Shown: piece after piece, positions 50,245 through 62,170 of the stretch | How the letters are laid out: each line of letters begins with the position of its first letter | Position numbering within the stretch: the stretch's first letter is position 1 | Assembly (NCBI GenBank): GCA_030704615.1 | Contig: CM060731.1 | Location: 744,001-808,000, forward strand | DNA: 64,000 bases | Reading direction: 5' to 3' | From: Takakia lepidozioides | Lineage: Eukaryota; Plantae; Bryophyta | Program-made: the position numbers and the translations under genes | The notes under the pieces: generated by a model | The model's input: only the letters and a program-made list of their open reading frames with translations | Told to the model about the DNA's origin: nothing | The model's database searches: none

Positions 50245-53127
50245 TGACGAGCCCTGAGCACGCGCGGTCAGGGTGACGGCATATTAGTCTAGGGGGGTCG
50301 TGGTAAGTTGCGGTGTAGGTTGGGCTCACTGAACCGCCTACCCGACTGCGGTTAGTGCAGGGGGTCCGTGGTCGTACATGGTGGCTATAATCACTATCTA
50401 AGTCCTACCGACAAAGAGAAATCACGTACTCATCTTCACAGGGCGAGTTTGTGTTTCTAAGTCCTACGGTATCCTACAATCTACTTAGTAACTGCCTTCC
50501 AAGACTTTGTGTTTTATTGTCTAATTCCTACCGCCTAGGCCCCTAAGCCGCCTATAGCCGGGACATGTTTTAATCCCTTCACAAGGCACCTGCTGAGCCT
50601 AGGAAGAAGAGGGAAAATCTTCCTCTCCCAATGCCCCTCCTTCGCCGAGTACTTGAGTTCAAGTCACCTCTAATGGAAGGGCCAACGCTTCCTACCCCAG
50701 TGCCTAAATACTTTGTTTTAGCAAAGGAATGATCAAAATGTCTATCGTCATCCAATCGGTTCACCAAGTTCAATAAGGTGGTTCTAAGCCCCTCAACTCA
50801 ATAAGTTCAATCAGTTTAATCAACGCCCTTCAGGCTATAACATGCACCACGTGCATCTATCCTATTTAAGCAATTTCGTAAATCAGAAATACTGGAAAAT
50901 AAAAGAGATTAAGAAAATCAGAAAAAATACCTCCCATATGGGAAATCATGTGGGGAATCCAAAGATACCCTTGGCACCTAAAGATGCCCTTGGGAACCCT
51001 GTGGGAACCCAATGAGAACCGAGGAACACCCGGGAACCGTTCCCTGTTGCGGCCCTATCGGATGAATGAATCTCGTTGAGAGCTCATCCTTGCCACTACA
51101 TTCGTTAGTCCAGAGCGTAAATAATAAAATAATCACTGGTGGATCCAAGCCAGATTTCACCCCCTTACATTATTTTAAGGTGCTGGTGCGATTTTCCTCC
51201 GTGGAAAAAGTCATCATCTACCTTGGCCTCTGACACAAAGACTCACTGTAGCCGAGTTTTTAGGACAGAGTACCCTCTCTCCTCCCTTGTCTCTCGAGGT
51301 CTCCGCCTCTAGCTCACTACTCACAAGCCCACTTGGCTCTCTCTTGGAGTCATAAGAACGCTCCCTCCAAGGCTACGTCCTCCCAAAATCCTAGATTTTA
51401 TCTACCACTGGCGCCTTAGATAATGGCTCCTAACCCTTAGAGGGGTATAAATTGAATCTAATAGCTAAAGGTAAGAATACCCCCCTTTAAGGGAATTTGC
51501 AGACGCATTGCCCGCTGGGTAAAACGCCCCTGCCACGTGGCGGGGCGCAGATCCGCGCGTAGCGGTCCAAGCCGTGGACCGCTGCGGTTAACGCCGGCGT
51601 CCGCCGGTCCGTCTCAGCTTTTGGCTATCCCTCGGGTAAAGACCCGCACCCTGCTCGCATGCTTCAGGGCCTCACGCCTGAGCCACGCGGCTGATGTACT
51701 TGATTTCAGTACGACTTAAGGTCAGCTGGGGCCCCGCTCCCCGTACGTCGTGGCTGGGCCACGGCTGCCTCCACGCTTTTAGTAATCGAGTACCTACTCT
51801 CTAGGCGCAGCACTTGGGCTCCTCCCGAGCTGCTCGCGACTTTGGGGCAGCTGCTGTCAAGCGAAATTAGCCCGCCCAAACCCCAAGACAAAAAAAAATA
51901 CAACCCACCCTCCCCTAGGCCTCCATGGCTTGCTAGTGGGGGGGGGAATTAGCACATAGTGGCCTTATAGTGGCCTTATATCATAGATCCAGCCTACTGG
52001 CCTACCTTTGCCAGAGCTGGCTATATTTCAAATTAGTAATCAAACACAAAGATTCATTTTTCAAACAATTCAAATACGAGCCTCTATTGGTATCCTTTCC
52101 AATAGGCTATGGGGTTCTTCCCCTTGTCAATTCTAGACATGAAATAGTGGGATTCCACAATGCACTCTCCTCTTTTGAAGAACCTAAATCAGATTTTCAA
52201 CTTCAAGCTTTGCTTGGAAAATAAATGAATCACATACATAAATGGTGAAATGGTAAGATGGGATCAACCTTTCTATGCGAGAGTGCTTGGGATGCTCTAT
52301 CGACTCAAGTAATGGTACTCTATGCGGCCTCCACTTGGGCTCTCGTCCATAAGTCCACACCAGCCCCTCATACTCGTCCTCAAGTCACTTTCTTCCACAT
52401 GAAATTGCCCTCTTCCTTCACAAATGAAATGGCTCAAAGGCCCACAAGCTTAGCTTACAAGAACTCTATCTAACTAGGGAGCTTCAAGCTCCACTCCCTA
52501 GGATCTAGCCTCCTCAAGCCTCAAACTAACAACACTACAACAACAAGAGGAAACTAAACAAGAGAAGAATTAGATGAAGAACAAGAGAAGCCTTGCCCTT
52601 CTTTTATACTGTTTTTGAGCCTAATAAACTAATGGAAAATATTCATTAAACTATTGTTTTCTTGGAGGATCTATAATATAATAATCAACATGGATAAAAA
52701 GTCTTAGAGGCAAATGAAAGCTGGCTTTTCATCCATCCCATTAGATGACCAGTTGGCGCGAGTTGTCATTTCATCCATCCAGCTCCTCAAGGCGAATTCC
52801 AAGATTTTTCATTCATCCAAGAAGTAGAAATGCAAATAACAGGCCTTGTGAGTGCCGTCGACTCAATAATTTGGCCCTGCTGCTAATCAGCTCCATAAAT
52901 CACCAAACTTGGTGACAAACTACAATTATATACCTTGTATCAGCCTGTAAATTCTCAGCTCCATCGATGGTACAAAGTTGTGCTTCTCGCCATTCGTCGT
53001 ATTTTCGTTACACAGATTTTGTGGTATTTTTGGAAATCAAATCCCTGGTGATGGCTCTGGGGCCTTTGACCCTACCACTGAGTCATAGGTTGTCCGGAGT
53101 CCCCTCCTGTTGTCCCGCACTGCTAAC
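50245..53127. mobile_element. LTR-like non-coding repeats (50245-51858 with TGAC...GTCA termini; a second block ending ...CTAACA at ~53127)
   Basis: Inverted termini TGACGAGC/GCTGTCA; no coding capacity; no 5-bp TSD found. Confidence 0.4.
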
Positions 53128-53499
53128 AAGTCCACACTTCGCCGTTTGAAGTCGTCCTGACCTGCTGTCATTTCGATGCGGCCAATTGCTTTGTTGCGAT
53201 ATTTCATCGCTGTACATGTCGCTTCCACCAATTGCCAAGCTTCTCGCCGTGTGTTCCTACTAGACTTGAAAGGCGGGAGGAAAGAGAGATCACAATCTAG
53301 GACTGGAACAGTCGTCCTGTAATGTTTGAACATGATTAACTTGTCGTTTCTGGTACCGATTTGGCAGCCTAATTTGTTGTCGATGCAGCTTCATACGGTC
53401 ATCTTGACGCTAGAGTTCCACTCCATGGTCGTCGCAGACACTGTCTAATTTCCTACATGCTTTACCAAAGATTTCCAGACAACTAACAAACTAACCTGT

Positions 53500-54230
53500 T
53501 TTTGGCAGTACAATGCCGAAACCGCTTGTCCGCACCCCTGTTGTGCATACCCTGCAAGCATCGCACTCCACGACACCACATCTCGTTTAGCCATAGTGTT
53601 GAACACTCCTTTGACATTGGCATATATGTCCATGTTCATAATGACATCTGGTTATAAAATTCCAGGGAGCCTTCATACATAGGCTGATCATGCTAACCCT
53701 CCCAAGTCCCTTGTAAACTACCAAGAGGTCCATGCCCCAAAGGTGACATCATCACATTTTAAGCTGGAATTGCTCCAAGAGTCATACTGAACATTATTCT
53801 ATTTTTCCCCCGCCTCCTTGCCCCTTACCTTCCCCATCCTGCAACTGAAAGAGGCTCTACAGACTTCAACCAGCTAGGCATAATTTCAGCATATTCAGAT
53901 ACCTTAAGTCCCCTGTCTCAAGCATAAGAGCATCAACCTGAAAGGCCTGCAAACTGAAAATCAGGTGCATATGCTCACATTATATTAAGTGGATTGAAGG
54001 CATTAAATGCTTTTCTACACAACACCCTTGTCAACATGTATGTTAAGTGTGGTAGCTCGTGGATGCACTTGTAGTTTCCCACCCCGAGTTTAGATTTCAG
54101 TCTAGTGATGAGGGCAGGTAGGCCATTGAGATAGTCCTTAAGGTCCTTGCCCATGTCACATATTCAAAACAAGTTTAGGGAGGTTTAATGCTTAATTGTA
54201 TTTCCACTGGACAGTGTGAGGGCATCAGAG

Positions 54231-54265
<35 letters not shown>

Positions 54266-54740
54266 CACCGGGGAAGGTGGTCATCATGGTACTCCAAGAC
54301 ACCACATCTTGTTTAGCCATGTTGTTGAACATTACTCCCTTTGCATCCTTGCTACACCTACATTTGGCATACATATTGTCCACCAGGGGAGTGTTCAGAA
54401 TGACATCTGGTACATTTGTAGCTTTGACGATGCAACCATGGACCTTTTGCCCTTTTCCAGGGCTGCCAGGCTTGCACACGCATTGCAAACACACACACAC
54501 GTTATGTGGTCGGGCTTCAGTACCCCTTCCCTCATAATTTGCTCATAGGTCTCCAAAGCCTCCATCCCACGCCCTTGCTGTGCATACCCTGCAAACATCG
54601 CACTCCATGACACCACATCTCGTTCAGCCATAGTGTTGAATACTCCCTTTGCATCCTTGATGCACCCACATTTGACATACATGTCCACCCAGGCAGGGGC
54701 AGTGTTCAAAATGACATCTAGTAATCTGACAGGCATTCAC
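53500..54740 (-). pseudogene. Degenerate PLS-PPR fragments (mostly minus strand; short plus-strand pieces at ~53725-53800 and ~54020-54075)
   Basis: VDMYVKCGCIKDAKGVFNTMAERDVVSWSAMFAGYAQQGRGMEALETYEQ, closely similar to the 2.7-6 kb array; (GA)n tract at 54233-54263. Confidence 0.88.
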
Positions 54741-55620
54741 ATTTTTGCCTCGGTTATCCCACCATTGACTGGGGTCAGAAAAGTATTCATTCCATAGCTT
54801 CTCCTCATCTCTGTTACCTCTTTTGGATACTTTCCTATTGTCACATTGGCAGTATCATGTCAAAGTCACTCCAAACTATCCCAGGTTCACTCAACCAACT
54901 AACTTGCAGAATTCAACATGAAAATTTAGGGCCGATTATGATAATAGGAAAAACAGGGTGAAATGTGTCGAAAAAGGTGCCTTCATTAGCAGACCATTTT
55001 CTCATTAGCAGATTTCTTGTAGCTATTGATCCACAGGGAATCAGAACTAATCTTGTGTTTGAAATTCGGCCCTCTTGGATGAACCTGGACCTTTATCCCT
55101 GGTCCTTCAGCTATCCCTGTTTGTGTACAAATCATGAATACTTGTTGCTAGCAGCTGACACTGACGCCGTGAAGTTCTTCCAGCAAACCCCAACCCTAAT
55201 TATTACAGTAGTTCTAATTATAAATTGCATCTACTTCTCTCTAGTGTAGTCCAACATGCACTCACATTTTTGTCTCCATCGTCCCGCCATTGACTGGGGT
55301 CGGAAAAGTGTTCATTCCAAAGCTTCTCCTCATCTCCGTTACCTGTTTTTGGATACTTTCATGCTGCCACATCAGCAGCAACTTGTCAAAGTCACTCTAA
55401 ACAACCACAGATCCACCCAACGAGCTAATTTACAAAATTCAATATGCATCTCACGGCTGAGTCTGATGAGAGGGAAAAACAGGCTGAAATAGGTCGAAGA
55501 AGAAGGTATCATCACCACATTGTCCTTTACCTTGTGTCATGACCCATGGAGGATTTGACCGACTATCAACCCAAAAGAACCTCTTGTGTGTGCTGCTTGT
55601 ATCTGTAGTCAGGTAATGTC
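54741..55620 (-). pseudogene. OSB: Fragment of an OSB (organellar single-stranded DNA binding) gene with ~3 PDF-motif units and introns
   Basis: PDY.YK../FWVDSRSNPPWVMTQ|GT (to 55531). EKLWNEHFSDPSQWRDDGDKN (55328-55266), GT..AG intron, VHPRGPNFKHKISSDSLWINSYKK (from 55084). EKLWNEYFSDPSQWWDNRGKN|GT (54803-54741). Confidence 0.8.
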
Positions 55621-55899
55621 GGATTGGTATGTGAGATCGAACCACCACGGTGCAGCTGAGCAGGCAGAGATTGAAACAGGGCCTGCTAAGACCAAGCTGA
55701 CTCTCCCAAGAACGGCGAGCTTGCAAGAATGTTGGGATCTTCTCCTCGTCTCCTCTCTTCCTCCTCTTCTCCTTCCTGCAACATTTGCTCAAGAGTAGGA
55801 AGGTCTGCAAAGCCTCCATCTCACACCCCTGCATACCTGCGATAATCGCGTTCCATGACACAACATCAAATAGATGGTGAAACGCAGGAGACAAAAAAG

Positions 55900-56626
55900 C
55901 CTAAGTCCCAGCCCGGTGTAAAGTTCGGCGGTGTAATTTTAAACCGTTAGATCTTAAAAAATCTAGACCGTTAGATCATATAAAATCTAACGATTCAAAA
56001 TAATTTCCATCACATGATCTAACCTTGTACAACCATGACCATTGCGTATTTTAATCTCATATATCTTGCGATGTTTGTTAAGCCACGTCCATCCAGGTCC
56101 AATTTATGGAACAAATATCAAATCGACACACCGTATAGGCGGATGGATGAACCCATCCATTGGATGAATTCATTAATGTACATGCCTTTTAAATGACACG
56201 TATAGTGATGTAGTCATATATATAGAGTTATGAAACAATTTGCAGTAAGGGACTCATAAGTTTACATGCCATGTCATCGATGGATAAACTCATCCAATGG
56301 ATGAATACATTCGTGTATGTGCTTTCAAAATGACACGTGTAGGGATGTAGTTGTATATCTTCAGTCACGGAGTCACAAGATTCCATGAAACGTCGTCCAC
56401 GTGTAATCAAACATATCACACTAGTCATAAAACCATCCATGTCATCATGGTCAACAATGTTTGACCAATGCTCCCTAACTTTCCGGAGTCATGTAGTGAT
56501 ATCCATTACTACAAAGTGATAAAACTATGACTGCAACGCATTTCAGCGCTCTGTAGTCGTATACTTATTGCCGTTTTTATAACTCCGCCAAATCCGTAGT
56601 CCTAAAAACGCTCATCTCTTGTAGTG
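55900..56626. mobile_element. CACTA transposon end
   Basis: ...CTCTTGTAGTG at 56616-56626 (reverse complement CACTACAAGAG), preceded by GTAGTC/ATCCA-TGGAT short repeats; abuts MULE coding sequence. Confidence 0.7.
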
Positions 56627-56627
56627 T

Positions 56628-57644
56628 CTGGACTACATCGATAAGGAATGGCATCCTAAAATAGCAATGTGGTGTACAACAGCTCGCCATGTTCCGCATG
56701 CCAGTCAAGACACAAATGCTAGCATTGAGGCATACCATGGAAACTTGAAGGCAAGACTGAGGGTGGGGAAAGGCAAAATGACTGGGCGTAGAGTGGATTG
56801 GCTCATATGGGAACTCACAGGCCGTGTGCTAACACACTACTGGTGAGCAATTCACCTGAAGACGCACGGATTCATAAGGTATGACAAACATGAGAAGTAC
56901 ATGTCCAGTTCTGTGCTTGCGGCACACGACATCCCAACTTGCAATGTCACTCTTCCGTTCCATCCTGGGCAACCAGCCTATGTTCTAAGCACCAATCACC
57001 CAAACACAATTTACATTGTTTACAACCCCGGATGCGAATGGGCTTCTTGCACTTGCCCATGGGCCATGAAGGGCAATTTGTGCAAGCATCAAGTCCGAGT
57101 CCTGAAGTTGCTTCATCCGCACTTGCAGGATGGACTCATAGTGCGCGCTTGTGGCACGGCGCTGGGAACCATTCATGGAGGATTGCATAATGTGTTTAGG
57201 GTTCATGCAAATGGCGGCGACGAAGAGGGTTTGGGAAATACAACAGAGGGCCCTTCCACAGATGACTTCCCCTATGATGCGGAGCCTGTCCTCGTACCAT
57301 CCTCCGTGGACGAAGAATTTGCAGACATACTTCGCATTGTTGGTGACGACAAATACCTGGAGAAACATGTGTTGTCTTCTCTTCGAATCTGTAGGGGGTA
57401 GCTTGCTGATATTCTCGCTAAGAGTGCTGCAGGAATGTTGCACCTTGCGGCAGCAAAGAGCTTCCGTCCTGTAAATGACAATAACAATATGTCGCTGAAA
57501 AGGAAACGGGATTTCGTTGAGGCATGGAAAACGCGACCCAGAGTCTTGCGCAAAACAGGGAAGAGGGTTGGTGCCCCAACACCTGCAGCACACATATACT
57601 CCATAATCCAAAGGGTTGCAGACCGTATAGCAGTTGTAAAGTAG
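56628..57644 (+). mobile_element. MULE/SWIM transposase, C-terminal half (two C-to-T-type stops)
   Basis: LDYIDKEW..KIAMW...R..PHASQDTNASIEAYHGNLK...GRRVDWLIWEL; SWIM finger CTCPWAMKGNLCKH. TGA at 56844, TAG at 57399. Confidence 0.85.
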
Positions 57645-57959
57645 AGTTTAAAATGTAGGAAATGCTACGCAATCATTCTCCCGATGAAATAAAAAATTTG
57701 CAGTACGATTGCATGTGCACAAGACTTTCAACCTGTCTCTGAACCAGTCTGTTGAACCAGTCAACTGGCGTTCGAACCAGTATGTTGTACCAGTCTCGAA
57801 CCAGTCTTCTGAACCGGCTACATCCGAGCCTCACAACTATCTACCAACTTTCTCCAAACATTCCAAACCGTGCACTATATATTTTGCACATTGTAGTCGT
57901 TGGCCAAGTGCAAACTTATAAGTAAACCAGGTCGCAGTGAAAGGCACTCCTCTCTTTGC

Positions 57960-60900
57960 CTTTTTATTCTTGTCAGACTTTCCTCGCAATTTCACCCATT
58001 CATTAAAAACTTGAATGAATGACATGACGTAAAAAGCCACATTCCCAACTGAATGGTTGTTCTGGCACTTCGGGCTGGTGCAATTGAAAAGTACAAACAA
58101 CCTCCTGCCACTCTGGAGCCTCCTGCGAGTACCCCAAGCACTCGGCATGCAGCCTCTGAATCCATGGTATAATGAATGGAGCACGACGCAGTCTCTTGAT
58201 AGTGTTCAGGTGAGTGTAGGACCCTTTCCGATGCATAGAAGACTCCAGTGCCCCCTGCAATGGGTATCACGCAGCATTACGTCACAAAAGGGAAATACTA
58301 ACCAGACCAAGCAGTGCCAACAGACTCAGCATACTCAGAATACTCAGCAGACACCCTCATCAGTCTTCTGTCCAGTCCACTCACGCCCAGCACACTGGGT
58401 CTTCTACACAGTCTAGGAGACTGAGGGGACAAGGAAGTCGTTCTTTGCCGCGAGATCCAGCAGTGAGTAGTATCTGTTGGTCTGTTTTCTCTTTTTTTTT
58501 TGTGAAGATACTGAGTCTGCTGAGCCCAGTCTCCTGCTATTCTCTGCTGATCTGTCTTCTCATAATTTTCGGTCTGCTCAGTCATGTTAGTCTGCCCAGT
58601 CCCATCTCCTTTACACAGTCTCCTGTTGTTGTCGGTCTTGGAGAGTCTTCACATACTCTTGACATAGTATGGTCAGTCATTCTGCTCGGTCTTCTCGTGT
58701 GCTCGGTCTTCTCGTCTGTCTGACAAGTACAGGGGCTTTTCCTCAGTCTGCTCTGGTCTGTGCAGATTGACTTCTCGGTTTGATAAACTACATCGTAATG
58801 AAGTGGATGTCGGTGGTTCCATGTTGCACTTTTATAAGGGGGACCCACGTTTTGAATGCGGAGTTGACCATGGTGACCTGAAGGCAATTAACAAGGTTGA
58901 GTCCGAGTGCACGGATAGACTGCTGGAGCTATGGTGTCGCTTCTATGAAAAGTCGGCTGATTTGAAGGTGATAGCTCTTCTGCCAACGTGGACGTGGGCG
59001 GTGATGAAGATCCACTGGGAGGGGCCACGCGAAAGACTACTAGATAACCTTCATGCTGCCTTCAGCAGCAAGCGGCATGGCAAGGACCTAAAAGACTGCG
59101 AGTTTATTTTGGCTCATGGTGAAGAGTAAGGACTCCCCTGTGCTATGTGTTCTATCTACTCAGTCCGCTCGGTCTGCTCAGTCTCGCCATCTCGAAAACC
59201 AGTTTACGGTCCTTGTTCATAAGACACCGGACTTTTTCTTTGGGCTACTTTTCTTGGAAGCAGGACCCTTGATCCCCAACCTCTTTGGCGAGGTCCAACA
59301 CATCCTGCTTCTTCGCTTTGCCTCTACTTTGGGGAGCAGAAGGTGTTGCCGGCGGGTTGGATTGAGTAGACCGGAGGGCGGCCGTCCGGCTTCTCAACAC
59401 AACAACATCAGGAGGCTTGTTGACACTTCCTAGATAGGTCCTCGCAGCCTCACGCGTGGCATGCGTGGAACTCACCCGCACACCCGGCGGCGTTTCGTCT
59501 ATGGTACCCATCTTTGTCGTCGACCCGACATTGGGTGCATTGGCAGGTCCATGGGCATGGGTTGAGTTCACTGCGGACTATGGCGATGTCGCAACGTGCA
59601 CATCCCTCATGAGACAAACATCCTGCAAGGTCAATAATACGTTCAATAATATAATGAAGGTGCAACATTAGTAAGTAAAATGCTCTCACAGTCTAGGAAC
59701 AACCTGAGTAGGTGGGGCTGGGTCATCCATTGTGCCGTTATGAGCAGTGTCATCTCCAGTGTCCTCTGCAGTCTGCCGAGAAGTCTCCTGGATAGACTGC
59801 TGGGCAGTCTCCTGCACAGGTTGGTCAGGCTCCATGGTAGTTTCTTGTGCATTGGCAGTCTTGGCAATGGCATGGGCAGTCTGCTAGACTGCATTCAAGT
59901 CAGTCTGTTGGACTACATCCAAGTCAGTCTGTTGGACTACATCCAAGTCAGTCTCCTGTTGGGCAGGCTCCCGGGCAGCGTCCTGGGGAGGCTCCTGGTA
60001 GACAAGTTGCACGTCAGAGTCAGTCTGCTGGACTCCTTCCAAGTCCCTCTCTTGAGCAGTCTACTAGACTGTCTGCTAGTCTGAGCTCTCCAAATCAGTC
60101 TCCTAGGCAGTCTGTTGAACAGTCTCATGGACAATCAGTGCAGTCCCCTGGGCCCTGGGCAGTCTTCTTGAGTTCGGTCTCCTGGGAATTCCGATGAGCC
60201 CAATATCTTCAATTTGGCGAGCCAGAAGTGCGGAATCAAGCAGGCCAATGGCGGATATGCGGTCTTCATACGGAGTTCCAGACCAGAGGACTCTAAAGAC
60301 ATCTGGTTTGTGCAAGACAATGTCAATTACGGCTCGCACCTGGACAACTGACAACCATACCAAAGCGTCATCCAAAACCGCCTTCCTTGCCTGCGGTTCT
60401 CCATGTAGTAGATCCATGCGAAGGCTATGCAAGTCCTTTCTCAATGTCCTGTATGAGGTGAAATTACCAAATTGCATCCATCGATGCCGAAGGAAGGATG
60501 ATGTCATGCGGTCCAACTGCTCTGCTGTTAGTGCTGACAAGTGCTTTACGCGCACACCAAAGGCTGGGTGTGCCATAGCCATATGCCGAAGCTCGTCCGA
60601 GCATGGGTCATCCGTGGGAATTAGCTGAACAAGTTGCGGCGGTTCACTTCGGTCACTGAGCACATCAACTGCAAGCATGCTTGCACTTTGTAGAACCTGA
60701 TTGGCTTCCTCGATTGTGTACTTCTATCTACTTCTATCCGCACCGCATTCACTTGCAAAGGAGGGTCTTTGGTCTGCGTTCTCCAAGCCGCAATGGCTGT
60801 CCGAACACGCTCTTGAGCCTGCTATCCAGCAAATTACATAAGTGAAGGCCAACAAAGTGAACAACAAAGTAAACTAGTACAAAAGACCAGCATAGAGGAC

Positions 60901-62170
60901 GAGCAGACTGGAGCAGCAGAGTGGACCGTTAGACTGAGTGGACCGACGAACGAAATGAGCAGACTCAGCAGACCTGAGGGTTGAGGGTTTACCAGAGTAC
61001 TGAGATAAGCAGACCAAGAAGATGAGCAGACCAAGCAGGTTTACCCCACAAAGCAGCAGACCAACAGACTTAGCAGACAAACCAGCAGACAACAGCAGAC
61101 CAGTAGACTAGTTTACGCTTGTTGGAGGGATACAAGAGAGCAGTACCTGCTGGTCTGTTTCGTCCGCATTCTCATCTGCAATGCACTTCAACCAATTTTC
61201 TTGCGCCTGGCGGACGGTCACGGCCATCCGTTCGGTTTGCATTGAATCTGAAGAAAAAAGGGAAGAACTGTGGATCGTCTGGTGGTGGGCACAACGCTAG
61301 GAAAACCCCAAACTGAAGTAAGAGTAGAGTGCCCAGATAGAGAGGGCCGTCGATCTTCTCAGGGGTCTTCTCAGCGCCATTGTACTCTGTCTGTTGGGAG
61401 TTGACTCCAATCTGCTGGATCTGCTGAGCGGTCTGGCGAAGGGAGGTGGTCTCCTCGCTTCTGTCTATCTGCATGTCCACCCTGTCGGACAAGTTTATGT
61501 AATTGTCTATTGAAGGTGGACCGTGTCCTTCTGAAGACTGGGCAGAATGATTGGACTCCTTTTCGGCAGACTCGCTTGAAGAACTGATTGTTTTATGCGT
61601 TTGCCAGGTATTCCTGGTTTGCGGCGAGCAGAGCGGCTTCAGCACGAGCAGACTTCGCTGCTCTGGCAGAAGCCTTCTTTGCCGCCCCATCACTCAGTTT
61701 GCGTTTCTTGGGACCCACGTCACAGGCATTTCCTGAAAGTGGTCTTCGTCCACAACATGTTGTTCCACAGTCCAGCAGCCCTCCAGTACCGTTGCCTGAC
61801 TTTGGCCAAACTTCGGGGGACTGAGTTTTTGCCGCGGCATCTCAAAGCAGCCTCATGCGGCTCCTTCTGAGATGCTAGTATGGGCCAAGGCTTGGGCGGA
61901 ATAGCAGCCTTGCAACCCGTATCAACGCAATGGCGGTTGAGCTAGATCTTGTCTTTTATGTCCACCTTGCAAAATAGACACCTCAGTCTATCCTTGGTCC
62001 ATTGTGGGTTTTGTTCCTTGGAAGCACGGAGGTCTACACATGCTTCCACTATTTTGTGTTCGTACTCCTTTGGTGAGTACCAATACCTTTGCAGCTTCTT
62101 TAACCGCGTCTGGTGCACAAAGGAGACCCAATCGGGTCCACCCTTCTCATAAGCATCCTCCATCGATTCA
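57960..62170 (-). pseudogene. Multi-exon TE accessory gene ending in a ULP1-like (C48) cysteine protease domain; segment 58346-59178 inverted
   Basis: Catalytic-type motifs GHWSLLCI and VPEQPFSWECGF/YVMSFI (58254-57990, minus). The N-terminal protease exon 58766-59125 lies on the plus strand. Further minus-strand exons at ~59200-59690, 60180-60800, 61147-61320 and 61900-62165. Confidence 0.65.

Noticed and set aside
50237-51930. 9-bp direct repeat TCCATGGCT as a MULE-type TSD
   Set aside because: No TIRs at those ends and the interrupted LINE does not clearly resume; probably chance.
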